From the NCBI RefSeq assembly GCF_055900595.2, contig NZ_CM148325.1: a DNA stretch of 64,000 bases, one strand, 5' to 3'. Shown one piece after another: positions 58,465-64,000 of the stretch (within the stretch, counting starts at the first letter, position 1; each line of letters starts with the position of its first letter). The position numbers were made by a program, and so were the translations under genes. The notes beneath the pieces are model-generated. The model worked only from the letters and a program-made list of their open reading frames with translations, searched no databases and was not told the origin of the DNA.

Positions 58465-59217
58465 ATGATCCCGGAAAAGCGAATTATACGGCGCATTCAG
58501 TCTGGCGGTTGTGCTATCCATTGCCAGGATTGCAGCATCAGCCAGCTTTGCATCCCGTTCACACTCAACGAACATGAGCTTGATCAGCTTGATAATATCA
58601 TTGAGCGAAAGAAGCCTATTCAGAAAGGCCAGACGCTGTTTAAGGCTGGTGATGAACTTAAATCGCTTTATGCCATCCGCTCCGGTACGATTAAAAGTTA
58701 TACCATCACTGAGCAAGGCGACGAGCAAATCACTGGTTTCCATTTAGCAGGCGACCTGGTGGGATTTGATGCCATCGGCAGTGGTCATCACCCAAGCTTC
58801 GCGCAGGCGCTGGAAACCTCGATGGTATGTGAAATCCCGTTCGAAACGCTGGACGATTTGTCCGGTAAAATGCCGAATCTGCGTCAGCAGATGATGCGTC
58901 TGATGAGCGGTGAAATCAAAGGCGATCAGGACATGATCCTGCTGTTGTCGAAGAAAAATGCCGAGGAGCGTCTGGCTGCATTCATCTACAACCTGTCCCG
59001 TCGTTTTGCCCAACGCGGCTTCTCCCCTCGTGAATTCCGCCTGACGATGACTCGTGGCGATATCGGTAACTATCTGGGCCTGACGGTAGAAACCATCAGC
59101 CGTCTGCTGGGTCGCTTCCAGAAAAGCGGTATGCTGGCAGTCAAAGGTAAATACATCACCATCGAAAATAACGATGCGCTGGCCCAGCTTGCTGGTCATA
59201 CGCGTAACGTTGCCTGA
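58465..59217 (+). CDS. fnr: Fumarate and nitrate reduction regulator FNR (CRP/FNR family, Fe-S oxygen sensor)
   Basis: ORF 58408..59217; canonical start [29 protein letters not shown] with N-terminal Cys cluster; C-terminal HTH. Confidence 0.96.
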
Positions 59218-59368
59218 TTTTTCCGCATAACTCACTATCCTTCTGTCATATCATTAAATTTTTCTGATTTATTGATCTGACAGAAGGTTCATCACTGTTT
59301 CATTCACCAGATATGGGTTAATCTTTTAATTACAAACTGCGTTGACAGTTGTTGTAAGGAGACCCTGT

Positions 59369-60319
59369 ATGGCTATGTATCAGAACATGCTCGTTGTTAT
59401 CGATCCTAACCAGGACGACCAACCAGCATTGCGGCGAGCTGTTTATTTACATCAACGGATTGGTGGCAAAATTAAAGCCTTTTTGCCGATCTATGACTTC
59501 TCATACGAAATGACCACCCTGCTCTCCCCGGACGAACGTACCGCTATGCGTCAGGGCGTCATCAGCCAGCGAACAGCCTGGATCCACGAGCAGGCAAAAT
59601 ATTATCTCAATGCTGGCGTTCCCATTGAAATTAAAGTGGTCTGGCATAACCGTCCATTCGAAGCCATCATTCAGGAAGTGATCAGCGGCGGACACGATTT
59701 GGTGCTAAAAATGGCGCACCAACATGACCGTCTGGAAGCGGTGATTTTTACGCCAACGGACTGGCATCTGTTACGCAAATGCCCAAGCCCGGTGTGGATG
59801 GTGAAAGACCAGCCGTGGCCGGAAGGGGGTAAGGCGCTGGTGGCGGTGAATCTCGCCAGTGAAGAGCCGTACCATAATGCGCTCAATGAAAAACTGGTTA
59901 AAGAGACGATCGAACTGGCGGAACAAGTTAATCATACCGAAGTTCATCTGGTTGGCGCTTATCCGGTAACGCCAATTAATATCGCGATTGAACTGCCGGA
60001 ATTTGATCCGAGCGTTTATAACGATGCCATTCGTGGGCAACATTTGCTGGCTATGAAAGCCCTGCGGCAGAAATTCGGCATTAATGAAAACATGACACAC
60101 GTTGAAAAAGGTCTACCAGAAGAGGTGATTCCTGATTTGGCGGAGCACTTACAGGCGGGGATTGTGGTTCTGGGAACGGTCGGACGCACCGGTATTTCAG
60201 CAGCATTCCTCGGCAACACGGCGGAACAAGTGATTGATCATCTTCGCTGCGACCTGCTGGTCATTAAACCTGACCAGTATCAGACACCCGTTGAACTGGA
60301 TGACGAAGAAGACGATTAA
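59369..60319 (+). CDS. uspE: Universal stress protein E (tandem Usp domains)
   Basis: ORF 59342..60319; start taken at [17 protein letters not shown] (59369). Confidence 0.92.
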   Translation: MAMYQNMLVVIDPNQDDQPALRRAVYLHQRIGGKIKAFLPIYDFSYEMTTLLSPDERTAMRQGVISQRTAWIHEQAKYYLNAGVPIEIKVVWHNRPFEAIIQEVISGGHDLVLKMAHQHDRLEAVIFTPTDWHLLRKCPSPVWMVKDQPWPEGGKALVAVNLASEEPYHNALNEKLVKETIELAEQVNHTEVHLVGAYPVTPINIAIELPEFDPSVYNDAIRGQHLLAMKALRQKFGINENMTHVEKGLPEEVIPDLAEHLQAGIVVLGTVGRTGISAAFLGNTAEQVIDHLRCDLLVIKPDQYQTPVELDDEEDD

Positions 60320-60338
60320 CGACTCTTCAATAACTGAC

Positions 60339-60366
60339 AAGGCCCGAGTTATCGGGCCTATTTTTT
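60339..60366 (+). terminator. Intrinsic terminator of uspE (between convergent uspE and ynaJ)
   Basis: GGCCCGA-gtta-TCGGGCC followed by TATTTTTT. Confidence 0.7.
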
Positions 60367-60368
60367 AC

Positions 60369-60626
60369 TTACTGCTCTTCGCCGCCAAGGAAATAAATGC
60401 CCAACGGGATTGCCAGCAACACAGTAAAGACCAGGCTATAAACAAAAATCATTGATGACTGAATCACATACATTGATGTCGTCCACTCAGACAGCGGAAT
60501 ATTGTACTGTTCTATCACGCCGCCGATGGTCGCGCGAGTCACAACCGACGCCGCAATAATGAAAACCGCCAACAAACCAAAGAGAAATTTCTTCCCTTTC
60601 GCTGACTTCAGTTTCGCCATAATCAT
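60369..60626 (-). CDS. ynaJ: Small inner-membrane protein YnaJ (DUF2534)
   Basis: 85 aa, two predicted TM helices. Confidence 0.88.
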   Translation of the reverse strand: MIMAKLKSAKGKKFLFGLLAVFIIAASVVTRATIGGVIEQYNIPLSEWTTSMYVIQSSMIFVYSLVFTVLLAIPLGIYFLGGEEQ

Positions 60627-60869
60627 GATGTAATCCTTGTGCAGACAAATTTTTTGTTACCTCTATGCAACAATACCATGACATTTCACTCTTGTCTGCT
60701 CTGAAAACCTCACCTCTTAGCCGGATTTACAATCAATGCATTGATTTGTTAGCTAATGTTGCTACTTACTTCCCTGACTATTGATGATCTGAATGAATTG
60801 TCGCGGTAAAATATCCCCGCCAGGGGTTTCCGGCATGACGACAATTATCTGGAGGAGCCTGATAAAACA

Positions 60870-61901
60870 ATGATCGCTGAACTGTTTACAAATAATGCGC
60901 TTAATCTGGTCATTATTTTCGGTAGCTGCGCAGCATTGATTCTGATGAGCTTTTGGTTTCGCCGTGGAAATCGTAAAAGAAAAGGGTTTTTATTCCATGC
61001 GGTGCAATTTTTCATCTACACCATAATTATCAGTGCTGTTGGTAGCATCATTAATTATGTTATAGAAAACTATAAACTCAAATTTATCACCCCAGGCGTT
61101 ATCGATTTTATCTGTACGTCCCTGATTGCGGTTATTCTGACGATTAAACTATTTCTGCTGATAAATCAGTTTGAAAAACAGCAGATTAAAAAAGGTCGCG
61201 ATATCACCAGTGCGCGGATTATGTCGCGTATCATCAAAATCACCATTATTGTGGTACTTGTTTTGCTTTATGGCGAACATTTCGGCATGAGCCTTTCTGG
61301 CTTGTTGACCTTTGGTGGTATTGGTGGTCTGGCTGTCGGTATGGCCGGTAAAGATATTTTGAGTAATTTCTTTTCCGGGATTATGCTCTATTTCGACCGT
61401 CCTTTTAGTATTGGCGACTGGATCCGTTCACCGGACAGAAATATCGAAGGTACAGTAGCGGAAATTGGCTGGCGAATTACCAAAATTACGACCTTTGATA
61501 ATCGTCCATTGTACGTACCGAACTCGCTGTTTTCGTCAATCAGCGTAGAAAACCCTGGACGAATGACCAACCGGCGCATTACCACGACCATTGGTTTACG
61601 TTATGAGGATGCGGCAAAAGTGGGCGTTATTGTCGAAGCCGTACGTGAGATGCTGAAAAATCACCCGGCCATCGACCAGCGACAAACCTTACTGGTTTAT
61701 TTCAACCAGTTTGCTGACTCCTCATTGAATATTATGGTTTATTGCTTTACCAAAACCACGGTATGGGCTGAATGGCTTGCCGCCCAGCAGGATGTTTATT
61801 TGAAGATTATCGATATTGTACAGTCACACGGCGCGGATTTCGCGTTCCCAAGCCAGACGCTGTATATGGATAACATTACACCACCAGACCAGGGTCGTTA
61901 A
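60870..61901 (+). CDS. ynaI: MscS-family mechanosensitive channel YnaI
   Basis: 343 aa; TM helices followed by MscS beta-domain. Confidence 0.92.
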   Translation: MIAELFTNNALNLVIIFGSCAALILMSFWFRRGNRKRKGFLFHAVQFFIYTIIISAVGSIINYVIENYKLKFITPGVIDFICTSLIAVILTIKLFLLINQFEKQQIKKGRDITSARIMSRIIKITIIVVLVLLYGEHFGMSLSGLLTFGGIGGLAVGMAGKDILSNFFSGIMLYFDRPFSIGDWIRSPDRNIEGTVAEIGWRITKITTFDNRPLYVPNSLFSSISVENPGRMTNRRITTTIGLRYEDAAKVGVIVEAVREMLKNHPAIDQRQTLLVYFNQFADSSLNIMVYCFTKTTVWAEWLAAQQDVYLKIIDIVQSHGADFAFPSQTLYMDNITPPDQGR

Positions 61902-61912
61902 TTCAGACATCA

Positions 61913-61940
61913 CTGGCGTTACCCACAAGGGTAACGCCAG
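61913..61940. terminator. Perfect 12-bp hairpin between convergent ynaI and mppA
   Basis: CTGGCGTTACCC-acaa-GGGTAACGCCAG; no clear U-tract on either strand, so function (terminator vs processing/stability element) uncertain. Confidence 0.4.
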
Positions 61941-61946
61941 TTCACA

Positions 61947-63560
61947 TCAATGTTTCACAATATACATAGTCCGGCTATACGCCACATCTTCCGGGTTATT
62001 AATGGGATAACCTTTCAGCCACGGTTTGATTAATCGTCCATTGGTATATTGATAAATTGGTGCAATCGGTGCTTGCTCCATGAGGATTTTTTCTGCCGCG
62101 TTGTAATCGGCATTACGCGCTTTAACGGTATTTTCCGTCGATGCCTGGGCCAAAACTTTGTCGTAGGCCGGGTTGTTAAAGCGTGAAATGTTGCCTGAAT
62201 GCGTTGACGTTAATAATGTCAGGAAGGTGGAGGGTTCATTATAATCCCCCACCCACGAGGCGCGGATAACATCAAAATTACCTGTATTACGACTATCGAT
62301 ATAGGTTTTCCATTCCTGATTTTGCAGTTTGACATCTACACCAAGGTTCTTTTTCCACATCGATGCCACAGCAATCGCAATTTTTTGATGGTTTTCTGAA
62401 GTATTATACAAAAGCGTCAGCTTCAGCGGTTTTTGCGGACCATAACCGGCTGCGCTCAACAAAGTTTTTGCCTGCGCATTCAGTTCTTCCTGACTCATTT
62501 GTTCAAACGGCGAAGGCTCCGGCGTGAATCCGGCAGTAACATCTGGCGTAAAATGCCACGCTGGTTTTTCGCCCGTCCCCAACACTTTTTCGGTCATCAG
62601 GCGGCGATCTATCGTCATACTTAATGCCAGGCGAACGCGCTGATCTGCCGTCGGCCCTTTTTGCGTGTTAAACGCATAATAATAGGTCCCGAGCTGCGGC
62701 GGCGTATAAACCTGCCCCGGAATATCCTTCAACAGCTTCTGATACATATTTTTCGGGAAGGATTCGGTGATATCAATATCCCCCGCGAGATAACGCTTAG
62801 TGGCAGCGGATTCCTGATTAATTGGCAGGAAGGTCACTTTTTGCAGTACCGTTTTGGCGTTATCCCAATAATGGGTATTCGGCACCACGACCAGTTTTTC
62901 ATTGACTACGCGCTCTTTAAGAACATAAGCGCCATTGCCGATCAGATTTCCGGGTTTCGTCCACTCTTTACTGCTTTCTACGTTGGCTTTTTGCACCGGG
63001 AAGAAGGCAAAGTTAGCGGTTAAATTCACAAACCACGGCAATGGTTTATCAAGCTGGATTTTCAAAGTATGGGCATCAACTGCGGTGACGCCAAGCTGGT
63101 CAGGCGTGGCTTTACCATCAATAATCGCCTGTGCGTTGTTGATTCCCGCCAGCGCGGCAAACCATGCAAATGGCGAAAGTGTTTTCGGGTCCACCAGACG
63201 CTGCCAGCTGTAGACAAAATCTTGCGCCGTTACCGGTGTGCCATCCGCCCATTTTGCGTTATCGCGCAGGGTAAAAGTCCAGATACGGTTGTCATTACTT
63301 TTCCACTGAGTCGCAACGCCAGGGACAATCTCCCCTTTCTCGTTCTGATTCACCAGTCCTTCAAATAGATCGCGAATGACCTGAATCTCTGGCAGGCCCA
63401 CGGCTTTAGCGGGATCCAGCGACGCAGGCTCATCTTTAATGTGGCGCACCAGCTCCTGCTTCTCTGCCAGTACTGTGCCGCTCGGAACTTCTGCAGCATA
63501 CGAAAGAGAAATGCTGCTGACCAACAGCGCACAACACGTGACTGAAACAGAGTGCTTCAT
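61947..63560 (-). CDS. mppA: Periplasmic murein tripeptide-binding protein MppA
   Basis: 537 aa family-5 solute-binding protein with signal peptide. Confidence 0.93.
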   Translation of the reverse strand: MKHSVSVTCCALLVSSISLSYAAEVPSGTVLAEKQELVRHIKDEPASLDPAKAVGLPEIQVIRDLFEGLVNQNEKGEIVPGVATQWKSNDNRIWTFTLRDNAKWADGTPVTAQDFVYSWQRLVDPKTLSPFAWFAALAGINNAQAIIDGKATPDQLGVTAVDAHTLKIQLDKPLPWFVNLTANFAFFPVQKANVESSKEWTKPGNLIGNGAYVLKERVVNEKLVVVPNTHYWDNAKTVLQKVTFLPINQESAATKRYLAGDIDITESFPKNMYQKLLKDIPGQVYTPPQLGTYYYAFNTQKGPTADQRVRLALSMTIDRRLMTEKVLGTGEKPAWHFTPDVTAGFTPEPSPFEQMSQEELNAQAKTLLSAAGYGPQKPLKLTLLYNTSENHQKIAIAVASMWKKNLGVDVKLQNQEWKTYIDSRNTGNFDVIRASWVGDYNEPSTFLTLLTSTHSGNISRFNNPAYDKVLAQASTENTVKARNADYNAAEKILMEQAPIAPIYQYTNGRLIKPWLKGYPINNPEDVAYSRTMYIVKH

Positions 63561-63742
63561 AAGTTTCCCTCAAACCTGCGTTAATAATCATGCGTAATTA
63601 TTTGTTTCGCCTTAAAGAAATGCAAACAACTTCCGGCAAAAAAGTGATACAAGATCGATAACATAGCGTTGAAGAAAAGGATTTGATAATCCGCAAAATT
63701 TGCACAACACTGCCTGTAATACTTCCTGAACCAGAGACGATT

Positions 63743-64000
63743 ATGACCGTAACCCGCCCACGCGCCGAACGCGGCGCATTTCCGCCCGGAACAGAACATT
63801 ACGGACGTTCATTATTGGGCGCGCCTTTGATCTGGTTTCCGGCCCCAGCCGCCAGTCACGAAAGTGGTTTGATTCTGGCTGGCACCCACGGTGATGAAAA
63901 CTCTTCGGTCGTGACCCTCTCCTGTGCTCTGCGGACATTGACACCTTCTTTGCGCCGCCATCATGTGGTGCTGTGTGTGAATCCTGACGGTTGCCAGTTA
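63743..64000 (+). CDS. mpaA: Murein peptide amidase A (MpaA), N-terminal part (gene runs off window end)
   Basis: MTVTRPRAERGAFPPGTEHYGRSLLGAPLIWFPAPAASHESGLILAGTHGDENSSVVTLSCALRTL... zinc carboxypeptidase-like; truncated by window. Confidence 0.8.
   Translation, partial: MTVTRPRAERGAFPPGTEHYGRSLLGAPLIWFPAPAASHESGLILAGTHGDENSSVVTLSCALRTLTPSLRRHHVVLCVNPDGCQL

Overview
This window reads as Escherichia coli chromosome, the tehB-to-mpaA segment (roughly the 30-32 min region of K-12), presented in reverse-complement orientation relative to K-12 numbering. It is dense, well-ordered core genome: about 50 protein genes that I recognise from their translations, five small RNAs (SokB, RydC, MicC, FnrS, McaS), a hokB/mokB type I toxin module, two FNR operator sites, and several intrinsic terminators and REP elements. 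I did not find a convincing novel multi-gene system. The most unusual feature is an AT-rich insert of about 1.1 kb between ydcF and hrpA carrying a SUKH (SMI1/KNR4)-like immunity-type ORF and a second small ORF with no toxin gene nearby. The other notable points are strain-level differences from K-12, all inferred from synteny and my memory of the K-12 map: intact gapC; an uninterrupted ydbA autotransporter gene; no feaRB-tynA-paa cluster between ydbL and ydbA; no Rac prophage between uspF and ttcA; no IS5 between ynaJ and ynaI; and no ycjY-pgrR block between mppA and mpaA. There is also a strongly ribosome-binding-site-supported, proline-rich 57-codon ORF just downstream of FnrS. All homology calls are from reading the translations, not from any search; coordinates of RNA ends are approximate to a few bases.
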